The notes: generated by a model from the sequence alone, not told the origin. A stretch of 52,217 nucleotides of DNA from a virus (IMGVR_UViG_3300045284_000036:1-52217), one strand, 5' to 3'; numbered from the stretch's first letter, positions 10,672-20,179 are shown. Numbers and translations are program-made.

Positions 10672-10768
10672 GGTTTCTTACCAGCCAATCAAGTCTTGCT
10701 GCCAAAGCAGCGCTTACCCTTGTTGAAATGACTACGGTTTGGTTGCCGCGTATCCTGCGTCTGGTCAT
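10559..10768 (-). CDS. Ribbon-helix-helix DNA-binding protein
   Basis: VVISTRVS beta strand followed by two amphipathic helices; own sigma70-like promoter. Confidence 0.6.
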   Translation of the reverse strand: MTRRRIRGNQTVVISTRVSAALAARLDWLVRNHDAIEDRAEGVKDAVESWIKAREREAVAQGLFPPNFF

Positions 10769-10795
10769 GTTGCCATCTTCTGCTATACTCGGACC

Positions 10796-10824
10796 AATTT
10801 AGTGTATACAATGTAGAAAGTCAA
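10796..10824 (-). promoter_or_regulatory. sigma70-like promoter TTGACT-N17-TAAATT with GTGTATAC in the spacer
   Basis: -35 at 10819-10824, -10 at 10796-10801, upstream of the RHH gene. Confidence 0.55.
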
Positions 10825-10828
10825 TGCA

Positions 10829-11638
10829 ATGGCAGACGACGGCATTCTTGGAGCCATTGGCAGTACACTAGGCGGATTGTTCGGCGGTCTTAGCAGTCTT
10901 GCATCAACGCAGGCTGGCGTAAGCGCTGTTGGTGATCTGACAAATATCGGTGCATCGCAAGTAGCTCCATACAATTTCACAGGCGCGAACTATCTTGGAC
11001 CGGCTGCCAGCCAACTGATAGGCGCAGGCTCTGGCGAGATTGGCATGGGGCGCATTGATGCTCCCTATCAAGCGCCAAACCTCTCTCACAACTTCATGGG
11101 AACGACGAGCGCGGACCCTGTGAACTTTCAAGACTTCGCCAAAAACTACAACACTTCCGAAGGTGCCAAGTACCTGATGGAGACCGCTTCGGCCACGCAG
11201 GATAATTCAGCAGCTGCCAAGGGCGGTCTTCTATCTGGTGCTAATCTCCGCGCTCAAACCACGCAGCAACTGGGTATCGCCAATCAGGATTTGATGCAGC
11301 AATACCAAGGTTATGCAGCGGGACAGCAGCAAGGCTGGCAGCAAAACATGCAGAGCCAGAACCAAGGCTTTCAGCAACAGCTGTCAACCGTGCAGGCAGA
11401 ACAGGCCGCTCAACAGCAAGACTTCCAGCAACGTGAGACTTCCTATCAGAATATGTACGGTCAGGAAGCTATGGGTCTTCAGGCTGGCATTGCTGAAGCA
11501 GGCACGTATGCGCAAGGTGCTCGCGCGATTGGACAGCTGTATCAAGGGCTGTCAAACTCGACCGGACAATCCGGCAGTTCGTTTGGCAGCGCGCTATCAA
11601 GTGTCTTTGGCGCTATTGGTAAAGCTTTTGGTCTGTAA
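10829..11638 (+). CDS. DNA ejection / pilot protein
   Basis: Gly/Ala/Gln-rich; SAAAKGGLLSGANLRA motif typical of podovirus DNA transfer proteins. Confidence 0.72.
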   Translation: MADDGILGAIGSTLGGLFGGLSSLASTQAGVSAVGDLTNIGASQVAPYNFTGANYLGPAASQLIGAGSGEIGMGRIDAPYQAPNLSHNFMGTTSADPVNFQDFAKNYNTSEGAKYLMETASATQDNSAAAKGGLLSGANLRAQTTQQLGIANQDLMQQYQGYAAGQQQGWQQNMQSQNQGFQQQLSTVQAEQAAQQQDFQQRETSYQNMYGQEAMGLQAGIAEAGTYAQGARAIGQLYQGLSNSTGQSGSSFGSALSSVFGAIGKAFGL

Positions 11639-11863
11639 TTATTTACGCCTCATTTTTAGTTCTCTTAAAACAGCTGAACGCATGAAGTCGCCTTGAAACT
11701 CGCCTTCTTTCAGCGCGTCATTAACACGCTTTAAAAATCCGGCAGGCATGCGGACAATCGTCTTGTCTGGAAACATCAGCGGGCGACCGTTGGGACGCTT
11801 CACTGCTTTCTTCTTTCTAATAGTGGTCTTCACTTCAGTTCCAATCCAGTTTTCCATTTTCAC
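11639..11863 (-). CDS. Arc/RHH-like DNA-binding protein
   Basis: GRP...TIVRMPAGFLKRVNDAL...FMRSAVLREL; GTGA overlap with the polymerase stop. Confidence 0.6.
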   Translation of the reverse strand: MKMENWIGTEVKTTIRKKKAVKRPNGRPLMFPDKTIVRMPAGFLKRVNDALKEGEFQGDFMRSAVLRELKMRRK

Positions 11864-13758
11864 TTCCTCATTCTCGGGGCACTATAGCCTTCTGCATCAA
11901 GCGGCAAGCCTTCAGTCCAGAAGCGTGGTCGCCGCATGATTGTACGCATTTGTTCTTCGCGTTGTTTCGCTACCTCTATTGGCGCTACCGCTATAATGCT
12001 ATCGTAAACGTCCAGAAGAAGTGTAGTATCCGGCATTTCTTTTTCGATATCGTCTTCGCAAGCGGTAAGAATATCTCTACACATACTCTGACAGGAGATT
12101 TCTAGCAAGCTGCCTCCAAAGACTTTCTGGGGCAGCATCGCGCCGAATTTGGCACGAAAGAACCCCATATTGCCTTCTTCATCTACAAAGACCGAATAAT
12201 GAGGGATGCTGCGGCCACTGGGGAGGGTCATCCAGATAGTAGTGCCGTCTTTCATCAGGGCAATCTTTCCAGCATAGAAAATCAGCCCCGGCTGTTCATA
12301 AAAGCAATTGTAAAAAGCGGTCTTCAGTTCACTCCAAAGGCGAACCAGTTGTGGATTGGCTCTGCGATAACTCGCAATGTCATCCTGCGCTTTCTGGTCA
12401 GTAATAGCCATTCCTATACGGCGCATGTGCGCCTTGTAGGTTTTCCATCCAAGTTGATAGTTGCCGCCTAGTGTTGTTGTCTTGCCGTCATACCGTTCTT
12501 TCGGATGGGTTTTTTCCGTTGCAGCTGTGGGCAAATTCCACATGGTGATGGCATTGTGCATATATAAGTCACCGCCATTGGCGAGGATGCCCAAACGTCC
12601 ACTGTCACCGGACTGCCACAAGGCCAAACGTAACTCTGCGTTCTTGAGGTCGTTATCAATAATCGCGTACCCGTTCGGCGCAACAATGCATCCGCGTAGT
12701 GCATCGGTGAGGGCTGTATTGTCATATTTGAACCCCGCTTTCAGGCCAGCTATGACTTCTTCAACTACGTACTTACGAGAAGGCCGCGCGATGTTAAACA
12801 TATTCGCGCCTTCTGATGTGCCGCGACCGGAGCGGGCACCATAGTATCGCGTGGCGTCTTTATACCACCCGCTGACATGGCGGTCCAAGAGTGCTTGCGC
12901 TTTCATTGGCGCGCTGCCGCCATTTTCTTGTACTACTTCCAGCACTACGCGAACGTCAGGATGTAGTTCCGGGTTATCCAGTGCCTCTGCAATTTCGTGT
13001 TTCTTCGTACCTGTTAGCTTGGCTACGCGGGGAAACTCATTAGCCCAATTCAAAATACGTTGACGCTGCGTGACCGCTGTAACAGTGTTGCCGGTAATCT
13101 CCCGCAATATTGTGGACGCTTCGCTTTCAATTTCGGAACGTCGCAAGGCAATGGCGGTCGCCAGTTCAATATCAATTGGTAGCCCAATATCATTCTTGCG
13201 CCATGACCGTTCGAATATCTTGCGTTCATCCGGGTTGAGTTCTGGCAGCTGTTGATGGGCGGTCATCAGGCAGTTGGTATCCTGAATGTTGTATTTGAGA
13301 AGTTCGCGAAACGTTTGTATGTCTTCGTGAAACTTTCCGTCGCGTCCGGGCTTGCATGTTTTCATGACCAAAGCCCGGCCAGCTGGATCTTTACCTCTGA
13401 GGTTCAGAGCCATGCACAATTCGTCCAGACCACCCGGCAGCGACAGCGATTGCGCTCGCGCCATGGTGCAGGAAACCTTTGAGACCGGAATGTCTAGAAA
13501 AGGGTTCTGACCCTTCAGAATGTTCACGTCGAAACCGGCGTGATGGGCAACGACGCGGTTGCAAGCGTACAGATCAGCAAACAGTTGTGAAATTGGATGG
13601 TCCCCAACTGTTGGGTGTACTGGACAGGCAGTTTTCATGGTACCGTTAAAATACCAGACTGCCGTTGTGATCTGAGTGGAAGGATCTAAAGCGTAGCGGC
13701 GAGCACCGGCAGCTTTCAGGTCCACTCTGGAACGGGTCTCTAGGTCAACGAACAGCAT
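11860..13758 (-). CDS. DNA polymerase family A with 3'-5' exonuclease
   Basis: Exo I DLETRS, Exo II HHAGFD, Exo III YNIQD; motif A DLKNAELR, motif B RYDGKTTTLGGNY, motif C VYDS. Confidence 0.9.
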   Translation of the reverse strand: MLFVDLETRSRVDLKAAGARRYALDPSTQITTAVWYFNGTMKTACPVHPTVGDHPISQLFADLYACNRVVAHHAGFDVNILKGQNPFLDIPVSKVSCTMARAQSLSLPGGLDELCMALNLRGKDPAGRALVMKTCKPGRDGKFHEDIQTFRELLKYNIQDTNCLMTAHQQLPELNPDERKIFERSWRKNDIGLPIDIELATAIALRRSEIESEASTILREITGNTVTAVTQRQRILNWANEFPRVAKLTGTKKHEIAEALDNPELHPDVRVVLEVVQENGGSAPMKAQALLDRHVSGWYKDATRYYGARSGRGTSEGANMFNIARPSRKYVVEEVIAGLKAGFKYDNTALTDALRGCIVAPNGYAIIDNDLKNAELRLALWQSGDSGRLGILANGGDLYMHNAITMWNLPTAATEKTHPKERYDGKTTTLGGNYQLGWKTYKAHMRRIGMAITDQKAQDDIASYRRANPQLVRLWSELKTAFYNCFYEQPGLIFYAGKIALMKDGTTIWMTLPSGRSIPHYSVFVDEEGNMGFFRAKFGAMLPQKVFGGSLLEISCQSMCRDILTACEDDIEKEMPDTTLLLDVYDSIIAVAPIEVAKQREEQMRTIMRRPRFWTEGLPLDAEGYSAPRMRK

Positions 13759-13768
13759 GGGTACCTCA

Positions 13769-13808
13769 TAAAAAAACCTCCGGTGACTTGGGGGAAGCCA
13801 CCGGAGGT
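13769..13808 (-). terminator. Rho-independent terminator after the SSB-like gene
   Basis: ACCTCCGGTG/CACCGGAGGT stem followed by a T-run on the minus strand. Confidence 0.75.
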
Positions 13809-13821
13809 CATCCCGTAGTGC

Positions 13822-14646
13822 CTACTGGCGCGGCGGGAAGCCGGTGGGCGCGTTAAACCCACCGGGAGTAGCAAAGCCATTGCCCGCTGGCGGCTGCACA
13901 GGCGACGGCGCGAAGCCCGTCTGTGGCCCATTAGAAGGGGACGCAAACCCAGCTTGCGGATGTGGCGTCATAAATGGCCCCGTCGCAGTCTGGACGACAG
14001 CCGGTACCGGTGTCGGGGCAAATCCGAAACCCTGTTGCGGTGCGCCGCCGCCCCCAAACCCGGTCACGTTCAGCCCTTGGGCCTTGGCACCCGCCATCAG
14101 TTCAGCGGCACTGACCGAAGTACCAATGACGATTTCTTCGCCGGGAGCCATGAACATGACTTTGTTAAGGTAACACTTGACACCACGGGGGTCATTCATC
14201 TTGACCGCCAGCGCCGTACCTATGGCAACGTAGTCGCCATTTTTGACTTCAGCTTGGTTTCTCAAAGGGGTTGGTACCCCGTTCTGAACCATGGTGACTT
14301 CAATGGCTGACGTAGATGAACCGGTCAGCAACCACTGACCTTTGCGCCACTCTGCCGGTGCTCTGCCAGCTTCGTTTACATCGCCGTCCTTAATCGGCCA
14401 CTGAACTTGCTGGAACGGCACATGCGACAGCGCCGCAGTATACAGTTCTTGACAGGCACGGGTGAAGTCGGCCAGAGCCGGTTCTTCAAACCAGTTTGCA
14501 CGGGTTTTCTTGATAATGACCGAAGCCAGATAGTTGGGCTTCTCGGTGGGCTTACCCATGTATTCGCGGGAAGGTATCCACAAGTTACGCATGCCGATAA
14601 TGCGGGCGTCATAGATAGCAGCGGTCTTATAAACACGTCCAGCCAT
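13822..14646 (-). CDS. ssDNA-binding protein (DUF2815-like)
   Basis: PIKDGD...GVKCYLNKVMF pattern; lies between the nuclease and PolA; low-complexity C-terminal tail. Confidence 0.7.
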   Translation of the reverse strand: MAGRVYKTAAIYDARIIGMRNLWIPSREYMGKPTEKPNYLASVIIKKTRANWFEEPALADFTRACQELYTAALSHVPFQQVQWPIKDGDVNEAGRAPAEWRKGQWLLTGSSTSAIEVTMVQNGVPTPLRNQAEVKNGDYVAIGTALAVKMNDPRGVKCYLNKVMFMAPGEEIVIGTSVSAAELMAGAKAQGLNVTGFGGGGAPQQGFGFAPTPVPAVVQTATGPFMTPHPQAGFASPSNGPQTGFAPSPVQPPAGNGFATPGGFNAPTGFPPRQ

Positions 14647-14685
14647 GTGAATTCTCCATTCAAGAGTTCAAAGTTCAGCGATAGC

Positions 14686-14714
14686 ATTATCGTATAGTAA
14701 AGTTAGACTGTCAA
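14686..14714 (-). promoter_or_regulatory. sigma70-like promoter TTGACA-N17-GATAAT overlapped by palindrome CGATAGCATTATCG
   Basis: -35 at 14709-14714, -10 at 14686-14691. Confidence 0.7.
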
Positions 14715-14914
14715 GTCCACTTCATACGTCCGTTTTTCGACGGCATCTTGAAACGGTAGTACACTTTCTTGTCTTCTACGATACGTTCAGCTTTGCCAGC
14801 TTTAATAAGCTTGTTGATGCGCCGCCGCACATCCCACCCAGTAGGTTCTGTCTTGTATTCCATGTCAGTGAGGAAGTAACAAAGTTCATTCCAGCGAAAT
14901 GTGTGAGTAGTCAT
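14711..14914 (-). CDS. Small hypothetical protein (possible winged helix)
   Basis: GGAG before ATG; VRRRINKLIKAGKAER...YYR. Confidence 0.6.
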   Translation of the reverse strand: MTTHTFRWNELCYFLTDMEYKTEPTGWDVRRRINKLIKAGKAERIVEDKKVYYRFKMPSKNGRMKWT

Positions 14915-14983
14915 GTCAAATGCTCCCTATTAGGTTTCGAAAAATTTTTCCCAAAAAATTCTTCATTTTCAGCTTCCCACAAA

Positions 14984-16021
14984 TCAATAGCTTGCTTTCA
15001 TTTCCGGCTCTGGCTTGTGGCTAGCAATGGTCGCGTACATTTCGGCTTCAGCCGACAGTTTCTTTGCGGCAGCCGGGGTGACCGGCTTGACGCCTTTGAC
15101 GCCATGTAGCTGGTAGAGTTTTTCAGCGGCTTGACGTTCGTCATTCCAAGCCTGCCATTTACGGCTGGGCTTGAGTTCGGCCCCATCAACGACTGCGCCG
15201 TTCTTGAGGCGATTGGTCAATTCTGCTTCCAGATTTTCTTTCATGTCGCTGACCCCGCGAATGATCCGCAACATGCGCAATAATTCAATTGGCAGTAACG
15301 TGTCAGGATTGCGTGAGATAGCGCCCATCAGGAAGCCTGCGTCTTGCAACATGGCCGGGCAATTTGAGAAGGCAGCACACCAGCGGCACTGTGGACCGGG
15401 TATCGGTGGTCCCGTATAGGCTATGGCGTTCAGCACTTGTTGCCGGTGCGCTTCGACTTCAGCGCGGGTGTGAAGGTGCTGTTTGAAACCTTCCTCTTGC
15501 TCGTTATTTATCTTGTTCATCCAGCTATTGGGCTGGAAGATAACAAGCCTGAACCATTGCGCAGCCGGATATTTATCAAGAAACGTTGCTGCATAAGTCA
15601 GCATTTGCTTGTTATCTTTGGCTTCAACATCCCAGCTGCCGTTCTTGTAATCAACGACCGTGATAACATCTTGTGCGATGTGCCCAACGTCCAACTGGCC
15701 CCAGCATCCCTTTGTCAGAAAAACGCGTTCTTCAATAAACATAAGACCGCCGCCTAACTGTTTTATGAAGTCTTGCATACGCGCTGCAACTTCGTGGTCT
15801 GCCATGTTCTTTGATGGCGATAACCACGGTGCCGGTGGCGGCGGCAGTTCGCCTGTACGTAAAGATTTTTCAATGACAGTATGAACGCGTGAACCTTCGA
15901 TAGCTGCCGGGCTTGGCCGTTGCGGCAAGCCTTGAGAAAGCGTGGCGGATGCCGGGCATTTAAGCCAACGGTCACAAGATGATGGTGCCCAGATTGCATG
16001 TTGGTTCATGATTTCTCCCAC
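14984..16021 (-). CDS. DUF2800 / Cas4-like PD-(D/E)XK exonuclease
   Basis: HA..APSS..RWLKCP, WGQLD, VVDYKNG, QMLTYA, CRWC...C motifs. Confidence 0.85.
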   Translation of the reverse strand: MGEIMNQHAIWAPSSCDRWLKCPASATLSQGLPQRPSPAAIEGSRVHTVIEKSLRTGELPPPPAPWLSPSKNMADHEVAARMQDFIKQLGGGLMFIEERVFLTKGCWGQLDVGHIAQDVITVVDYKNGSWDVEAKDNKQMLTYAATFLDKYPAAQWFRLVIFQPNSWMNKINNEQEEGFKQHLHTRAEVEAHRQQVLNAIAYTGPPIPGPQCRWCAAFSNCPAMLQDAGFLMGAISRNPDTLLPIELLRMLRIIRGVSDMKENLEAELTNRLKNGAVVDGAELKPSRKWQAWNDERQAAEKLYQLHGVKGVKPVTPAAAKKLSAEAEMYATIASHKPEPEMKASY

Positions 16022-16180
16022 GGAAATTCTTCAAGTGCTTCGTTGGCAACTAGAACCATATTCTTGATGATTTTGCGTAACTCACTAGAAGTCATTGTCG
16101 TAATATCAACGTCTTGCCAGCTAGCGATGACTTGCAACGCTACTCGCATTTTCTCGGTCACTTGCCGCGCTCCTGCGTAA
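15998..16180 (-). CDS. Small hypothetical protein (minus strand; boundaries approximate)
   Basis: Gap between 16158 and 16021 is filled by a minus-strand reading (TEKMRVALQVIASW...) starting near 16161; the track shows only the antisense ORF. Confidence 0.3.
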
Positions 16181-16457
16181 TGGTGAAATCGCCAGTCAGA
16201 ATAATTTCGCTGCCAATTTCTGGGACCGGTGCGAAGGCGGCGCGGTACTTTGCAATCAGCATGTCCGAAGTCTTATAGAACGGGACCGCCGTGCTTTCCG
16301 TGGCGTGCTGCCAAACGATATCGACCAGTAACCGCAGATTGGCATCATCGGTACGCAGCGCCGCCTCCAGCGCCTCAATGTGGGCGGCGGCTTCAAGCGC
16401 CAGTTTTTCGCTTAACGGCCATTCCCGCAATCGCTCAACTATTCGACGGTCGTTCAT
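16158..16457 (-). CDS. Hypothetical protein
   Basis: IVERLR...EAAAHIEALEAAL motif common in small phage proteins; coupled overlaps. Confidence 0.65.
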   Translation of the reverse strand: MNDRRIVERLREWPLSEKLALEAAAHIEALEAALRTDDANLRLLVDIVWQHATESTAVPFYKTSDMLIAKYRAAFAPVPEIGSEIILTGDFTITQERGK

Positions 16458-16714
16458 CTATCATACTCTCGCTGTACCGTTGGCATCATTGTCCGGTAAG
16501 CTATTTCACACATTTGAACGAACGTATCTTCGTCCATCTCCATGACGAAAGCCGCTCTTATCAATTCGTAAATTAGCGCGCTCAATACGATGCCGACTGT
16601 TTCTCCGTTATCAACATCGGCTACCCTGCATGTTGATGCCGTGTCGCTAATGATGGTTCGCAGCCTTCGCGCAAAGTGCTGTTCTAGATCCCTGAGTATT
16701 CTATCTTGAGACAT
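16454..16714 (-). CDS. Hypothetical protein
   Basis: 86-aa ORF with GAGG upstream. Confidence 0.65.
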   Translation of the reverse strand: MSQDRILRDLEQHFARRLRTIISDTASTCRVADVDNGETVGIVLSALIYELIRAAFVMEMDEDTFVQMCEIAYRTMMPTVQREYDR

Positions 16715-16726
16715 AGTGCCCTCTTG

Positions 16727-16758
16727 AAAAGCAGGGGAGGCATTTGCGCCCTCCCCTG
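16727..16758 (-). terminator. Rho-independent terminator
   Basis: CAGGGGAGG/CCTCCCCTG stem followed by TTTT on the minus strand. Confidence 0.6.
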
Positions 16759-16789
16759 TAGTTGTTCGCCGGATAACGTGGCGAATTTC

Positions 16790-17176
16790 TTAGCCAACAA
16801 GCCGTGGCGGTGCGTATGAAAGAAGACCCCACTTACCTTCAGCATGTTGACGGTATCTGCTAGGATTTTTCTTGAAGCCGTTTATAATTTGCTTTTCTGC
16901 AATTTCGTTACTGCTTGCCAGACGTACTCCGCGCTCTCTTAGAGGTTCGATCAAGTCTGCCGGAAGTTTCGGACTGTCTTTGACCAAATCTCTAAGATGA
17001 TTGCCGAAAGAAACATTCAAGTTGTTGACTACTCCGCGTTTCTTGACCGGCAGCGGTTTTGCTATTTCGAACATCGTTGAAACGATGCTGACAAATTTCT
17101 CGCCGTCTTCTGGACTGAGTTTGAACTTGCTGATGGCACTGATGGCTTCGCTTAGTTGGTCATACTCTGTAGTCAT
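16790..17176 (-). CDS. Hypothetical protein (start MTTEYDQ)
   Basis: GGGAGGT SD before ATG 17176; bracketed by two terminators. Confidence 0.7.
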   Translation of the reverse strand: MTTEYDQLSEAISAISKFKLSPEDGEKFVSIVSTMFEIAKPLPVKKRGVVNNLNVSFGNHLRDLVKDSPKLPADLIEPLRERGVRLASSNEIAEKQIINGFKKNPSRYRQHAEGKWGLLSYAPPRLVG

Positions 17177-17194
17177 GGTTACCTCCCGCTTTAG

Positions 17195-17225
17195 AAAAAG
17201 AAACTGGGGGCTGGTGCCCCCAGCT
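17195..17225 (-). terminator. Rho-independent terminator
   Basis: CTGGGGG/CCCCCAG stem followed by TTTCTTTTT on the minus strand. Confidence 0.7.
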
Positions 17226-17226
17226 A

Positions 17227-17697
17227 TTACCCCTGAATGCCAAGCTGCGGGGCAATTTGCTTCAGCTGTGCTTCGGTCATGCGCGGGATGAAGACTTGCT
17301 TGATCTGATCCAGCGTAGCCTGCGCAGCGTCGGGTCCAATTTGCGAACGAAACCATGCCGCGATGCTTTCGGTAGGCTGACCGCTCCCGATAGCACCATC
17401 GATTTTCCCAATGACCGCTGTAGCCAGCGGGTGCATGGGAGCGGCAGCACCATTGCCACCGGGGAAGCCTTGAGCGACGGGTGAAGGCGCGGGCTGGAAA
17501 GCGTTGACGGCTTGCGTTGCCGGTGCAGCTTGCGTTCCCAGAGTAGTAGCCGCAGCGCTATTCATCTGTGCCACTTTTTCCGTAACTTCTTCAACGGTCA
17601 CGTCGTCATCCTTGACGTTCTTGCCGCGCGTTTTCTTGCCGCTGGTGCGGAAGAGTTCCATTTCTTCCCACGTATCGAATTCAACTGAAATTTTCAT
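17227..17697 (-). CDS. Hypothetical protein of the replication module
   Basis: 156 aa, Ala/Pro-rich linker and helical C-terminal domain; GGGAG SD. Confidence 0.7.
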   Translation of the reverse strand: MKISVEFDTWEEMELFRTSGKKTRGKNVKDDDVTVEEVTEKVAQMNSAAATTLGTQAAPATQAVNAFQPAPSPVAQGFPGGNGAAAPMHPLATAVIGKIDGAIGSGQPTESIAAWFRSQIGPDAAQATLDQIKQVFIPRMTEAQLKQIAPQLGIQG

Positions 17698-17903
17698 GCT
17701 GCTACTCCTAACCCATTTTGTCTGATTAACCGCCTAACAAGGGAACGGGCCTTAACCTCACCCAGACGGTCTGAACATGAGACACTGCAAACGATAATCG
17801 GGAGACCTTCAACTTTGATTTTATGGTGCTTACCACCATTCATCACTCGGTAAGGCAACCCGATACGTTTCAATTCATCAATGGTAACACTGAGAGTACT
17901 CAT
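17694..17903 (-). CDS. Small protein, possibly HicA-like fold
   Basis: NGGKHHKIKV motif; ATGA overlaps on both sides. Confidence 0.55.
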   Translation of the reverse strand: MSTLSVTIDELKRIGLPYRVMNGGKHHKIKVEGLPIIVCSVSCSDRLGEVKARSLVRRLIRQNGLGVAA

Positions 17904-19507
17904 ACCTGATGGACCTTTCCATCTCTCCCATACCAGCCTTTCACAACCATACGTCCATTCGCAGTCTTAATCAAGTAAACGCTAACGATATCGCTTGGTA
18001 AAATTGTGTACGGCCAAATCACTGTGGCGTACTTCGTTGGGATCTGCCAAGTAGTGCCGTACTTGAATGGCGGCTCACAGATAGCCTGCCATGGTTCAGC
18101 TTTGATGATTTCAGTGATGTTGATTAGTTCGTTGTTTGCTCCGGTCTCGGTCAGGTCTTTTCCGGGTTTCTGCACACTCGTATTATCGTATCCGCAATGT
18201 GGACAGAGTGGATGAAGCCATGTGGCGTATATTCCACTACAAGCATTGCACGACTTGACTGCGGTTTGTCGTAACCCGCAGTGGGGGCAGACGGCTCCAT
18301 GGTAATGCTGATCGAACCGTTCGGTGCATCCCTTACACTTGGTTGCGCTTTGATGAACTCGATTGCATTTTGGACAAGTTCGTCCATGTTCCCATGTCTC
18401 CCATCCAGTGCCGCAGTCATCGCAAACCAGTGTCGCGCCGGGAGCGGCGGCGATCTGGTCCAGTGAACCGTGACGGGCGACGTTACCGCCAAAGTCGAGC
18501 ACCGCACAGTTCTGTGCGAATGGCGTGATCCTAGCGCCTCTGCCAAGCGCCTGCGCAAAGAATACCGGCGATTTGGTAGCGCGGCAGAAGGCCAGCATGT
18601 CAATGTCAACGACGTTGAAGCCGGTATCGAACATGGCGACTGATATCATGATGGGCAGTTCGCGCGCCCTGAACTTGGCTACCATCTTTTCCCGCTTGCC
18701 CTTGGGCGAGTGGGAGTGGACGGCAGCGGCTTCGATACCCAACTTGTTCAGTTTCTCTTCCAGCACGTCGGCATGGGCGATATTACAGGCAAACACTAGC
18801 ACGCACTGACGACGTTGGCGCTTCATGGTCTCAACGATGGCTTTGGAATGGATGGGCGACAGCGCAATGGCGCGGGATGCCTGTTCTTCAAGGTCATAGT
18901 CTTCGCCAATGACCTTCAGACCATCCACATCAATTTCAGCCTTACTGTCTGAATGTGCCGGGATCAGCGGCTTGACATAGCCATCCTGTAGCGCGTCCAG
19001 AAAGCTGTACTTGAAGATGATGGGACCGAAAGTCTTCTCAAGGCTTCCGGTCCCATCGGCGCGGAACGCTGTACCTGTTAATCCGCGAACTTTGGCTTTG
19101 GGGATGGCTTCGAACACTTGACGATAACTGGAAGTCTTGTTGACCGGGGTCCGGTGGACTTCGTCAACAAGGATCAGCGTCACGTCCTGAAAATACTTGG
19201 TACGGCGAACTACCGTTTGCACGGTACCCACTGTAATCTTCTGGTACACGTTCTTGCTGATGGACGCAGAGCAAATGCCCGGCTTGAGACCGACTTGCTG
19301 GCAAGCCAGCGTGTTCTGCAATACCAGTTCTTTATTATGGGCCAGAATGAGGGTCCGACCGGTAGTGTTGCTGGCGGCGAGGGAGCCGAGTATCAACGAT
19401 TTGCCACCGGCAACGCTGACTTCAGCAACGGCATATTTGTCCGGGTAGGCATTGAGAGTGTCAATGCATTCGGTTTGATGGGTTCGGAGTTTCAATAGCT
19501 GGTTCAT
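17900..19507 (-). CDS. Superfamily 2 helicase with C-terminal zinc ribbons
   Basis: LRTHQ, AGGKS, DEVH, GLTGT, QALGRGAR; six CxxC motifs at the C-terminus. Confidence 0.9.
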   Translation of the reverse strand: MNQLLKLRTHQTECIDTLNAYPDKYAVAEVSVAGGKSLILGSLAASNTTGRTLILAHNKELVLQNTLACQQVGLKPGICSASISKNVYQKITVGTVQTVVRRTKYFQDVTLILVDEVHRTPVNKTSSYRQVFEAIPKAKVRGLTGTAFRADGTGSLEKTFGPIIFKYSFLDALQDGYVKPLIPAHSDSKAEIDVDGLKVIGEDYDLEEQASRAIALSPIHSKAIVETMKRQRRQCVLVFACNIAHADVLEEKLNKLGIEAAAVHSHSPKGKREKMVAKFRARELPIMISVAMFDTGFNVVDIDMLAFCRATKSPVFFAQALGRGARITPFAQNCAVLDFGGNVARHGSLDQIAAAPGATLVCDDCGTGWETWEHGRTCPKCNRVHQSATKCKGCTERFDQHYHGAVCPHCGLRQTAVKSCNACSGIYATWLHPLCPHCGYDNTSVQKPGKDLTETGANNELINITEIIKAEPWQAICEPPFKYGTTWQIPTKYATVIWPYTILPSDIVSVYLIKTANGRMVVKGWYGRDGKVHQV

Positions 19508-19521
19508 GATTTACGTATACG

Positions 19522-19767
19522 CTATCGCTTTTGATCCGTCAATAAAAAATTCACTAATTCGGTAATTGTTATTCGCGGGTCCGTAGTCCGGGGGTGACCT
19601 TCCACCTTAATCGTAACCGGAGTGCCATCCACCAAGACCATTTCGACGTTCATGTTAATGCCTTCATCCAGAACGGCAAACATTCTTTTGGTGGCGTTTA
19701 TGGATACGCTTACGCGAATATGCGTATCCATAAACTGTTGATAATTAAATTCCCAAGGGTACTTCAT
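19522..19767 (-). CDS. Hypothetical protein
   Basis: 81-aa ORF coupled by ATGA to the upstream gene. Confidence 0.55.
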   Translation of the reverse strand: MKYPWEFNYQQFMDTHIRVSVSINATKRMFAVLDEGINMNVEMVLVDGTPVTIKVEGHPRTTDPRITITELVNFLLTDQKR

Positions 19768-20045
19768 TCTTTTCCGTTGAGGAATTTCTTGTGAGCTTCA
19801 ACGACGCTTTCGCCAAACATTTTCAGACGGCCATTCACGTCTTCGATCAGCGCTGAATGTTCTTTGATTTGCGCATTGATATCTTCTGCCAGTGCCTTGG
19901 TGCTGGCTAACAGGTTCTGCGCTTCGGTCACTTGATCTTCAGCAGCCCGTATCAGCACGTCGGTCAGTTGGCTCCCGATATCTTGAAACTCATATTTGAC
20001 TTTTGGCGGTTCCGTTCTAATTCCCGTTTCTGCCACATCTGACAT
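19764..20045 (-). CDS. Coiled-coil hypothetical protein
   Basis: 93-aa heptad-like ORF. Confidence 0.6.
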   Translation of the reverse strand: MSDVAETGIRTEPPKVKYEFQDIGSQLTDVLIRAAEDQVTEAQNLLASTKALAEDINAQIKEHSALIEDVNGRLKMFGESVVEAHKKFLNGKE

Positions 20046-20179
20046 GCTTCTTGTGCCTTCTCATAGGTTCGAATGTTGGTTTGAACGACGAGGTATTGTG
20101 CGGTGCCGTCTACCCTGACGACTTCATAGACGCCATGGTCTTCCGTTACTGCGTAAAGAATTTCAGAGATTGACTTCAT
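19964..20179 (-). CDS. Hypothetical protein
   Basis: GGGGAG SD before ATG 20179; first gene after the divergent promoter region. Confidence 0.5.
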   Translation of the reverse strand: MKSISEILYAVTEDHGVYEVVRVDGTAQYLVVQTNIRTYEKAQEACQMWQKRELERNRQKSNMSFKISGAN

